The translations under genes were made by a program, and so were the position numbers. The notes below the pieces were generated by a model. That model made no database searches. It saw only the letters and a program-made list of their open reading frames with translations, and was not told where the DNA came from. A DNA stretch of 64,000 bases from Thermoplasmata archaeon (GTDB lineage Archaea; Thermoplasmatota; Thermoplasmata; UBA10834), in NCBI GenBank assembly GCA_029864565.1, contig JAOTTD010000008.1:3857-67856 (forward strand), in the 5' to 3' direction. Shown here one piece after another: positions 34,960 through 43,021 of the stretch. The first letter of the stretch is position 1. The number at the start of each line of letters is the position of its first letter.

Positions 34960-37582
34960 CGCTCCTCTTCTTGAGTTCCCCGAGCCTTACATACGCCTCC
35001 ATGGGAGTCATCTTTGCGAGATCCAACTCCCTCAGCTCCCTCAATACGGAATCGTCCAACTTGCTGGAATCGACCGAGAACCTCATCTGCGCATGGACCT
35101 TCTTCCCCGCCTTTACTTCGATGGAGTTCTTCTCCTCGATGTCGTTCAATACTTCGCCCGCGCGCGTGACGACGCTAGCAGGAACCCCGGCCAATCTCGC
35201 GACCTGTATGCCATAGCTCTTGTTAGCCTTCCCGGGGACGACCTTGCGCAGGAAGACGATCTCTGAGCCTTGCTCCTTGACCGCCATCGAGTAGTTCTTC
35301 ACCCCCTCGAGAGACTCCGCGAGCTCCGTCAGCTGATGATAGTGTGTGGCGAAGAGTGCTTTGGCGCCGATCTTCTCCTGCTCGTAGAGGTGTTCTGCGA
35401 CAGCCCACGCGATCGCGAGGCCGTCAAATGTGCTCGTACCCCTTCCGACCTCGTCCAGGAGTATGAGGCTCCGTTTGGAGGCGCAGTTCAATATGTTGGC
35501 CAGCTCAATCATCTCAACCATGAACGTCGACTGTCCCCGGGAGAGGTCGTCGAAGGCTCCGACTCGGGTGAATATCCGGTCTACGAGGCCGATCCTCGCC
35601 TCCGATGCGGGAACGAACGACCCCGCCTGCGCCATTACGACGATATGGGCGATTTGGCGGAGATATGTGGATTTGCCCGCCATGTTCGGCCCCGTCAGTA
35701 TCACGAGCCGGTTCGAACCGGTATCGAGGTGGACCTCGTTGGGGACGAACGAGCCCCCAAGGACCCGCTCGACAATGGGATGTCTCGAATCTTTCAGGAT
35801 GATTGTGTCACTGTCGTCTACTACCGGCCTTGTATAGCCGTTCATCGCCGCTGCCTCGGCGAATGACCGCAGCACGTCCAACGACGAGACCGCCGCGGCG
35901 ATGCCTCGTATCCTCTCCCCGTGCTTGGACACGTCCGCCCGCACGCGCATGAAGATGTCATGCTCGAGCGTGTGCATGCGCTCCTGCGCGGCTAGGATCG
36001 ATTCCTCCTTCTCCTTCAGCTCTGGAGTGACGAATCGTTCCCCGGTGCTGAGAGTCTGTTTGCGCAAGTAGTCGGAGGGCACGTTCTTCATGTTGGCCTT
36101 CGACACCTCGATATAGTAGCCGAAAACATTGTTGAAGCCCAGCTTCAGGTTCTTTATCCCTGTCCGCTCCCGCTCGGTCCGCTCGAGGTCCGCGATCCAC
36201 TTCTTGCCCTCCCTCGAAGTCTTTCGAAGGTCGTCTAGATCAGGGTCGAACTCGTCCTTGATAAGACCCCCCTCCTTGAGCGTGACGGGCGGGTCGTCGG
36301 AGATGGACCTATCTATCAGCAGGACGACCTCCGACACGTCGACGAGCATCCTGGCGAGCTCGTTCAGCCTTCGAGATTTCACTCCCTCAAGCGAGAATCG
36401 GAGTGGTTGCACGGCTCTGAGGCATGCCTTCACCCCGAGCATGTCCCTCGCATTCGCGCTGCCGTAGACGACGCGGGCTGTGAGTCTCTCCAGGTCCCTG
36501 AAGCCTCCCAGGGCCTCTCCGAGCTCCATTCTCAAGGACAGGTTCGACGCGAATTCCTCCACCGCATCGAGCCTCCCTTCAATCTCGTCCATGCTCATAG
36601 ACGGCTCCACGAGCCACTTCTTCAACAAGCGGCTGCCCATTGGTGTGAGCGTGTTGTCCAAGACCGACACCAGCGTGTTCTCCTGGGACGTATCTCGCAC
36701 GTTCCGCACGACCTCGAGGTTGCGCATCGTGGCCTGGTCGAGCACCAGTTTGTCGGAAATTGAAAAGAACTTCGGCTTCGACAGGAAATCGAGTTCGCGC
36801 TTCTGTGTCGATTCAAGATACCTCAGGATGGCCCCCGCGGCCGAGGCAGCGATGGGCCTGTCGGAGAGACCGAGCCCTTCTATCGTCTGAAGTCGGAAAT
36901 GCCTTTTCAGGAGCGGCTCCGCGGCCTCCGAAATGAAACAGAAGTTCTCCATCTCCGTCAGCCGGACATCGGCGTGATCGAATTCGCTCTTCAATGCGCG
37001 GGAGTCGAAGCTCTCAGGGACGAGAATCTCCCTGGGTTGGCGCTGAGCGAACTCCGTCAGCACCTTGCTCTCGGCGTCTTCGCCTTCCGCCTCGGTCGCT
37101 ACGAACTCACCAGTCGAGATATCGACGAACGCCATCCCGTAAACGCCGTCCCTCTCGACGAGCGCCATGAGGTAGTTGTTCTTCCGACTGTCGAGCGCCG
37201 AGCCTTCGAGCACAGTTCCCGGAGTCACTATCCTAACGACGCCCCGATCGACCAGCCCCTTGGAGTTTTTCGCATCCCCGAGCTGCTCGCAGATAGCGAC
37301 CTTGTATCCCTTGTTGAGTAGCTTCGGGAGATACGAGTCCAGCGCGTGCCAAGGCACGCCGCAGAGCGGCATCTTCTCCTTCTTGCCCTTGTCCCTGGAC
37401 GTGAGCGCTATCTCGAGCTCCCTCGAGCCTATCACCGCATCCTCACCGAACATCTCGTAGAAGTCGCCAAGTCGGAACAGCAGAAGACAATCTCTGTGCT
37501 GTTCCTTGATCTTGAAGTACTGGTTCATCATCGGCGTGGCAACTCTGCCCACTATACTGCTCCCCCTCTGACGGAAAAACAC
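34922..37582 (-). CDS. mutS: DNA mismatch repair protein MutS (bacterial MutS1 type)
   Basis: TPMMNQYFKIKEQHRDCLLLFRLGDFYEMF mismatch-binding motif and Walker A TGPNMAGKSTYLRQ, plus DEVGRGTSTFDG. The start may be the internal GTG at 37552, behind AGGGGGAG. Confidence 0.92.
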   Translation of the reverse strand: MFFRQRGSSIVGRVATPMMNQYFKIKEQHRDCLLLFRLGDFYEMFGEDAVIGSRELEIALTSRDKGKKEKMPLCGVPWHALDSYLPKLLNKGYKVAICEQLGDAKNSKGLVDRGVVRIVTPGTVLEGSALDSRKNNYLMALVERDGVYGMAFVDISTGEFVATEAEGEDAESKVLTEFAQRQPREILVPESFDSRALKSEFDHADVRLTEMENFCFISEAAEPLLKRHFRLQTIEGLGLSDRPIAASAAGAILRYLESTQKRELDFLSKPKFFSISDKLVLDQATMRNLEVVRNVRDTSQENTLVSVLDNTLTPMGSRLLKKWLVEPSMSMDEIEGRLDAVEEFASNLSLRMELGEALGGFRDLERLTARVVYGSANARDMLGVKACLRAVQPLRFSLEGVKSRRLNELARMLVDVSEVVLLIDRSISDDPPVTLKEGGLIKDEFDPDLDDLRKTSREGKKWIADLERTERERTGIKNLKLGFNNVFGYYIEVSKANMKNVPSDYLRKQTLSTGERFVTPELKEKEESILAAQERMHTLEHDIFMRVRADVSKHGERIRGIAAAVSSLDVLRSFAEAAAMNGYTRPVVDDSDTIILKDSRHPIVERVLGGSFVPNEVHLDTGSNRLVILTGPNMAGKSTYLRQIAHIVVMAQAGSFVPASEARIGLVDRIFTRVGAFDDLSRGQSTFMVEMIELANILNCASKRSLILLDEVGRGTSTFDGLAIAWAVAEHLYEQEKIGAKALFATHYHQLTELAESLEGVKNYSMAVKEQGSEIVFLRKVVPGKANKSYGIQVARLAGVPASVVTRAGEVLNDIEEKNSIEVKAGKKVHAQMRFSVDSSKLDDSVLRELRELDLAKMTPMEAYVRLGELKKRSDEIVGKDKGTRQ

Positions 37583-37709
37583 AGAACTTGATATTTCAAG
37601 TTATGGAGTGGGGCTTCGGGATGATTGCAGGGTCACCATGTTTTTTACTGATTGGGGCAATATCCCTGGCATATGGGATGTGTTGACTGCCTTGACCGAT
37701 AGTCCGACC

Positions 37710-38114
37710 ATGCTCGTCTACACGGATGGCGCGTCCAGGGGCAACCCGGGACCCGCGGCTATCGGTTATGCTATCTTCAACTCCTCCGGCAAATGCCTCG
37801 AGCGCAGCGGTAGATACGTGGGCGAGCACACGAACAACGAGGCGGAGTATGAGGCGCTCATATGGGCGCTGGAAAGGGCGGGCACGATTACGAGGGACAG
37901 CGTGAAGTTCCATTCCGACAGCGAACTCGTCGTACATCAGGTGAACGGCGTCTACCAAGTCAAGAAGGAGCATCTGAGGGAGTATGTCGATCGAATCCAG
38001 AGGGCTGTCAAAGGTTTCCAATCGTTCCGTCTGGTGTACGTCCCAAGGGAGAACCCGAGGATAGTGCTCGTAGACGGCATAGTCAACAAGGTCTTGGACG
38101 AAGAAACGAGATGA
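37710..38114 (+). CDS. rnhA: ribonuclease HI (type 1 RNase H)
   Basis: MLVYTDGASRGNPGPAAIGY...NNEAEYEALIWALE...FHSDSELVVHQV carries the DEDD catalytic pattern. The ORF-track N-extension has no family support. Confidence 0.8.
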   Translation: MLVYTDGASRGNPGPAAIGYAIFNSSGKCLERSGRYVGEHTNNEAEYEALIWALERAGTITRDSVKFHSDSELVVHQVNGVYQVKKEHLREYVDRIQRAVKGFQSFRLVYVPRENPRIVLVDGIVNKVLDEETR

Positions 38115-38338
38115 GGATGGGAATCATGGCCGGGCAGCACAGGAAGGCGAAGAGAGGATTCGAGGGTGTGTCGCGTCTTGATGATTTCGGGGTTGTTGAT
38201 GACACGAAGACCAGATACAGAACCTATGCTTCCGCCGCTTCGAAACTGAATCCGAAGGAAAGAGCGGCTTGGTGGCGAGACGTCATCCAGCGAGATCCGG
38301 AGATACTGGCGTTCTTCAGAGGGAGCAGTGATCGATGA
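38111..38338 (+). CDS. small hypothetical protein (75 aa), translationally coupled to RNase HI
   Basis: Its ATG overlaps the rnhA stop (ATGA at 38111-38114). Basic N-terminus MRMGIMAGQHRKAKRG. No family recognised. Confidence 0.3.
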   Translation: MRMGIMAGQHRKAKRGFEGVSRLDDFGVVDDTKTRYRTYASAASKLNPKERAAWWRDVIQRDPEILAFFRGSSDR

Positions 38339-38400
38339 TAGCAGTACCACTCGGGATCTTGACAGCGAGGAATAGGAGAGAGGCCAGGTCGGTCCGAGAA

Positions 38401-40293
38401 TCACTCAAGTGAAGGTGGTTCCTCCTCCTCGGGTGAGCTTGGGCCTGGTCCTCTTGTCTGCCTTCTCAGGCTCAGATACATGGCCAATGCAACCAGCGAG
38501 ATCACCGCGAACAATATCACGATTGCCCCCAGCATCAAGATCTGAGAGGATAGTGAATCGATGCGATCGTTAGCGTCGTCGAGATCATCTCCTGCATCTG
38601 CCAGCCCCTCCCTCGTCTCGTTGAGCGCGTCCATCGTCTCGTTCAGATTCTGGAGAGCTTCCTCGAGATCGTCCTGCAGCGAGTCTTCGGGAGGTTCGTA
38701 GGTTACAGTGACAGATGTGCTTGCCGAATTGCCAGCCGCATCCGTAGCCGTCGCCGTAATCAAGTTGTCCCCATCTACGAGTATCACACTGCAGTTGAAC
38801 GATCCGTCACTCTCTACCGCGACAACGATCCCATTTACCGTGAGATAAGCTCCGCTCTCGGTATATCCCGAGACTGAAATCGTTGATGAATCGAAGGACT
38901 GGGCGTCCTCGGGGCTCTCTATCGTCACGGTTGGAGGGATGACGTCAGGTGAGGAATAGCGGGCCGCCCATACATCGCCCTTCGCGCTATCCGACTGCGT
39001 CCAAAGGGCGAAGCCGTTTCCGCCCCCATCGATAGTGAGCACGATCTCTCCGACATCCCCAAGACTATCCTTATTGAGCTGCTCGGAAGGTCCCCATCCT
39101 CCAGTGGGATTGTACACTGCACCGCGCACATCCTGAGATGTGCCGTCGTCATGAAGGAATATCAACAATGCTTCGCCGTCATTTGACATGGCTACTTCCG
39201 GACGTGTAGCAGAGCCCAGGTTCGAATAGGCCACGGCCATAAGCGCTCCCCAGCCGTCTTCAGCATCGTACGCTCTTGAGTAGACGCCGTCGTCACTCAA
39301 GATTCCGTCTCTCCACCACGCGACCACGGCGTTGCCGTCCTTGTCGATGCCGATCCTGGGATCCATGTCGTCAGCGTAAGCAGTCGCCGCCAATAGTGTA
39401 GGATCGTCCCATCCAACACCGGCTTCATAGGCGCAGGACCGCAACTCGTAGCAGCTCGTGGTGTCGTTGTAGTGGTGCCATGCACACATCGCATCCCCAC
39501 CGTTGCCGACGGCGACGAGAGGCGAGGCGTAGAATGCGTTACCTGCCACCGTCTCAGCGGCCCCCCAGCCGCTCGATGGTTCATAACGTTTTGACATGAT
39601 CGAATGTTCTGTCATTTCAGACTGGACCCACACAACAATGATGTTTCCCTCCCCATCGACCCCCAACGACGGCAAGTATGATTCAGTGGTGCCGCCGCCA
39701 TCATCCAGGACGGAAGGTTCGCTCCATCCGACACCATCCTCACGTTCCCCGATCATAACTCTTGTGGGTGGCAAGTCCCGGGTCCAGACGGCCACTGCAT
39801 TACCGCCGTCAATCATCAATATCTCCAGATGGAAGTCGTCCACCGTGCCGTCGTCCTCAATGGATTCGGGGCCGGTCCAACCGACACCCCTGACGTAGAA
39901 GTTGGACCACAAGTCATCAAGGGATGTTGTCTCATTATCCTGCGCCCATGCCACAAACGCATTTCCCACACTGTCGATGGCGACTTTCGGCCACATGATC
40001 TCGGTCGAAGCGTCCTCAATTACTTCTGCCTCTGACCATCCTTCGCCCACGAAGTACAACCTTGCATAGAGGTTCGATCCCGAGCCGTTGCTTTGCTTCC
40101 ATGCAACTACGATGTCGCCGTTCTCATTCATAGCGCAATGTGAATCGTAAGTGCTGTGAGAGTCGTATGTCTCGACGAGGAACGGCTCCTCCCAGCCCAC
40201 GACATAGTCATCTGAAACGGCGGACGTGGCCAGAACCGGGACGATCAGAGTGGTCAAAATCAGAGCAGAGATAATCTTGCTTCCTTTCATCAT
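38401..40293 (-). CDS. surface protein: eight GW...GN..VAW repeats (putative beta-propeller), Ig-like module, coiled coil, C-terminal TM
   Basis: Signal peptide MKGSKIISALILTTLIVPVLATSA. Eight repeats of roughly 45-55 aa (e.g. GVGWSEPSVL...EGNIIVVW). An Ig-like TVTIESPEDAQSF...VTVTYEP, an acidic helical DDLEEALQNLNETMDALNETREGL, and TM ILMLGAIVILFAVISLVALAMYL. Confidence 0.65.
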   Translation of the reverse strand: MMKGSKIISALILTTLIVPVLATSAVSDDYVVGWEEPFLVETYDSHSTYDSHCAMNENGDIVVAWKQSNGSGSNLYARLYFVGEGWSEAEVIEDASTEIMWPKVAIDSVGNAFVAWAQDNETTSLDDLWSNFYVRGVGWTGPESIEDDGTVDDFHLEILMIDGGNAVAVWTRDLPPTRVMIGEREDGVGWSEPSVLDDGGGTTESYLPSLGVDGEGNIIVVWVQSEMTEHSIMSKRYEPSSGWGAAETVAGNAFYASPLVAVGNGGDAMCAWHHYNDTTSCYELRSCAYEAGVGWDDPTLLAATAYADDMDPRIGIDKDGNAVVAWWRDGILSDDGVYSRAYDAEDGWGALMAVAYSNLGSATRPEVAMSNDGEALLIFLHDDGTSQDVRGAVYNPTGGWGPSEQLNKDSLGDVGEIVLTIDGGGNGFALWTQSDSAKGDVWAARYSSPDVIPPTVTIESPEDAQSFDSSTISVSGYTESGAYLTVNGIVVAVESDGSFNCSVILVDGDNLITATATDAAGNSASTSVTVTYEPPEDSLQDDLEEALQNLNETMDALNETREGLADAGDDLDDANDRIDSLSSQILMLGAIVILFAVISLVALAMYLSLRRQTRGPGPSSPEEEEPPSLE

Positions 40294-40583
40294 TGGAATC
40301 CCAACACAAACTGGCATTCGAATGCCGGCACGGCAAATAAAGGTTTACTGTAGAGGTATCCGACGTCAGGCACGACTTCTTGCGCTGATGAATTCTTGCC
40401 GAGTCGAACTCGCAGAAGGCCGAAACAGAGGAAAGGAGGTGGCAAGATGCACAAAGCGCGCGCACGTTACACCTCGGGTAGTTCCATTCCCCCTATGGCT
40501 ATCAGCATCAATGGAGTGGATGCTTGACAGAGCTTTCCAAAGGCATGATCATGCGTGGGCGAGTGAATGGAAGAAGTGAAAGG

Positions 40584-40678
40584 TAGCCCCGGGAGGATTC
40601 GAACCTCCGTCGCAAGATCTCTCCTTGCAAGACACACAATCCAGAGTCTCGCATGATTGACCGCTACACTACGGGGCT
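40584..40678 (-). tRNA. tRNA-Gln (anticodon CTG) with a ~22-nt intron after position 37
   Basis: Minus strand reads AGCCCCGTAGTGTAGCGGTCAATCATGCGAGACTCTGG[ATTGTGTGTCTTGCAAGGAGAG]ATCTTGCGACGGAGGTTCGAATCCTCCCGGGGCTA. Acceptor stem AGCCCCG/CGGGGCT, T-arm GGAGG-TTCGAAT-CCTCC, CCA not encoded. Confidence 0.85.
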
Positions 40679-40752
40679 TCTGTGGTGGAGGTGGCTATTT
40701 CGGTCCCGATATTTAAGAGGTTTCGGCAGCTGTCCTGTGGCGGATTCCAGGT

Positions 40753-41394
40753 TCACTTGCCCAGACGGTCAATCGCCTTGACCATCAGGTCGAATACGCC
40801 GTCGATCCCAGCAGCGCCGTCGATGTCGACGATGTTGCTCTTCTTTCGGAAGTGTTCGACGAGTGGCGCCGTCTGCCCTGTGTAGATATCGAGCCTATTG
40901 CGGACCGTGTGCTCCTTGTCGTCGTTCCTCTGTATGAGCGCGGAGCCGCAATTGTCGCACACGCCTTCCGCCTTCGGAGGGTTGAACCTGACATGGTACA
41001 CGGCTGCGCATTTCTGACATATCCTACGGCCGACCGCCCGCGCCACTAGCGCCTCCGGATCGACGACGATATTGAGCACGAGGTCCATCTCGGTCATCTT
41101 GTCGAGTTCCTCGGCCTGGCCCATCGTCCTTGGGAATCCATCGAGAATGAACCCATCCGCGCAATCCGGCTGCGATACCCGGTCCGATATCAGCTGGACT
41201 ATGAGATCGTCGGGCCCGAGCCTGCCGCTCTCAAGATACGATTTTATCCTGATTCCGAGCGGTGTCTTGTTTGCCACCGCCTCCCTCAGAAGGTCGCCTG
41301 TGGCAATCTGAGGAATGCCGTACTTCTTCGACAGCCTCTGAGCCTGTGTGCCTTTGCCGGCACTGGGCGGGCCGAATATGACCAGCTTCAACAT
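40753..41394 (-). CDS. adk: adenylate kinase (long, zinc-lid type)
   Basis: MLKLVIFGPPSAGKGTQAQRLSKKYGIPQIATGDLLR, DGFPRT, and lid CQKC...CDNCG. Confidence 0.9.
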   Translation of the reverse strand: MLKLVIFGPPSAGKGTQAQRLSKKYGIPQIATGDLLREAVANKTPLGIRIKSYLESGRLGPDDLIVQLISDRVSQPDCADGFILDGFPRTMGQAEELDKMTEMDLVLNIVVDPEALVARAVGRRICQKCAAVYHVRFNPPKAEGVCDNCGSALIQRNDDKEHTVRNRLDIYTGQTAPLVEHFRKKSNIVDIDGAAGIDGVFDLMVKAIDRLGK

Positions 41395-41507
41395 CGTGAT
41401 TACCCGCCGAAACATCTTGAAGCAGGTACTTATTGCTTCGCCATCTGCTGGAGACTCGACAGCGATTTCGTGAAAATGATTTTATGCGCCAGCGGCATTA
41501 GCGGTCG

Positions 41508-42980
41508 ATGGTCCACATGAAGAAAGAGATCGTAGAGGAGATAGAGAGGATAGTCGGTAAGGAGCGATACTCAACCGAGATTGCAGACCTCTACGTATAC
41601 GGTTTCGACGCGTCGATCCATCACATGACTCCCGATATGGTAGTCAGGCCGGCGACGGCTGAGCAGGTGTCCGAGATCGTCAAGCTCGCAAACCGAACCC
41701 TCACGCCCGTAGTCCCCAGAGGAGCGGGGACCGCCATGTGCGGGCACACTGTGCCGCTGAAAGGTGGTATCATCCTCGACCTCACAGGCATGAACAAGAT
41801 CAAGGAGATGCGTGTAGAGGACCTCTACTGTGTCGCAGAGCCCGGAGTCATATATGACACGCTCAACGCCGAACTCGGAAAGCATGGTTTCTGGTTTCCG
41901 ACTACGCCGGGGAGTGCCGAGGCGTGCACGATCGGGGGCATGGTCGCCACAAACGCCTCGGGCATGAGGGCGATTAAGTACGGCGCGACCAGAGATTATG
42001 TCCTCGGACTCGAGGTCGTCCTCCCTACCGGGGAGATCATACACACGGGAACGAGGACGCTCAAGAACTCCTCTGGCTACCAGCTCGACCGACTAATGGT
42101 TGGGAGCGAGGGCACCCTGGGAGTCATAACAGAGGTCACGCTCAGGTTCACAGTCAAACCCAAGGCCTCTGCGATGACCGTCGCCGCATTCAAATCCCTT
42201 GTCGATGCGGGCAAGTGTGTGTCGAATATAATCGCAAAGCCATTGCTTCCGTCGGCCATCGAGTTGATGGATTCCGTGACGATCAAGGCGGTCAACAAGT
42301 GCATGAACGTCGGCCTGCCGGACTGCGAGGCCATATGCATGATAGAGGTGGACGGCCATCCAAAGGCGGTCGAAGAGGAGATGAAGATCGTCGAGGAGAT
42401 ATGCCGCGAGAGCGGTGCGTTCTCCACAGAGGCTTCGAGCGACAAGAGGAAGATAACAGAATGGACCCAGGCGAGGAAGGCCATACTGCCGTCGCTCAGC
42501 AGATACGGCGAGAAGTTCGTCTCCGTGGCGCTCGCCGACGACATGTCCGTTCCCATCTCCAAGATACCCGAGGCCGTGGAGGCGTTCCAGAGGATAGCCG
42601 AGGCGAACGGGGTTATTGTCGGGACCTACGGTCATTCCGCTGATGGCAACCTGCACACTAAGATGCTCGTGGAACCCTATTCGAAGGAGAGCTGGAAGGC
42701 GGGTGAGAAGGCGGTCGGGGAGATCTACGACAAAGTGCTTGAACTCGGCGGAACCGTCACGGGCGAACACGGAGTGTCGATCACGAAGGCTCCGTACATG
42801 CAGAAGGAGCGGAAAGACTCCCTCGGCGCGATGAAGGCAATCAAAAAGGCCCTGGACCCGAACGATATCATGAATCCAGGTAAGATTTTCGACTGGGAGG
42901 GCAGCATAATCGCCCATCTGAGGTATCCGGCGTTCCTCGACGAGACATGCGCGTGCAAGAACGACTGCAAGGAAAGCTGA
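41508..42980 (+). CDS. FAD-linked oxidase (GlcD / D-lactate dehydrogenase family)
   Basis: FAD-binding PCMH-type region PVVPRGAGTAMCGHTVP, GGMVATNASGMRAIKYGATRDYVLGLEVVLPTGEI, and a C-terminal GTVTGEHGVS. Confidence 0.8.
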   Translation: MVHMKKEIVEEIERIVGKERYSTEIADLYVYGFDASIHHMTPDMVVRPATAEQVSEIVKLANRTLTPVVPRGAGTAMCGHTVPLKGGIILDLTGMNKIKEMRVEDLYCVAEPGVIYDTLNAELGKHGFWFPTTPGSAEACTIGGMVATNASGMRAIKYGATRDYVLGLEVVLPTGEIIHTGTRTLKNSSGYQLDRLMVGSEGTLGVITEVTLRFTVKPKASAMTVAAFKSLVDAGKCVSNIIAKPLLPSAIELMDSVTIKAVNKCMNVGLPDCEAICMIEVDGHPKAVEEEMKIVEEICRESGAFSTEASSDKRKITEWTQARKAILPSLSRYGEKFVSVALADDMSVPISKIPEAVEAFQRIAEANGVIVGTYGHSADGNLHTKMLVEPYSKESWKAGEKAVGEIYDKVLELGGTVTGEHGVSITKAPYMQKERKDSLGAMKAIKKALDPNDIMNPGKIFDWEGSIIAHLRYPAFLDETCACKNDCKES

Positions 42981-43021
42981 AATCTGCCGTTCGCGTGGTA
43001 AGGCAAGAATCTTATTAGCCG

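Noticed and set aside
40447-40527. 26-codon ORF (MHKARARYTSGSSIPPMAISINGVDA) preceded by a strong AAAGGAGGTG site in the 266-nt gap next to tRNA-Gln
   Set aside because: It is too short to evaluate, has no conservation information, and the SD-like string alone is not enough. It is worth a look only if ribosome profiling or peptide data exist.
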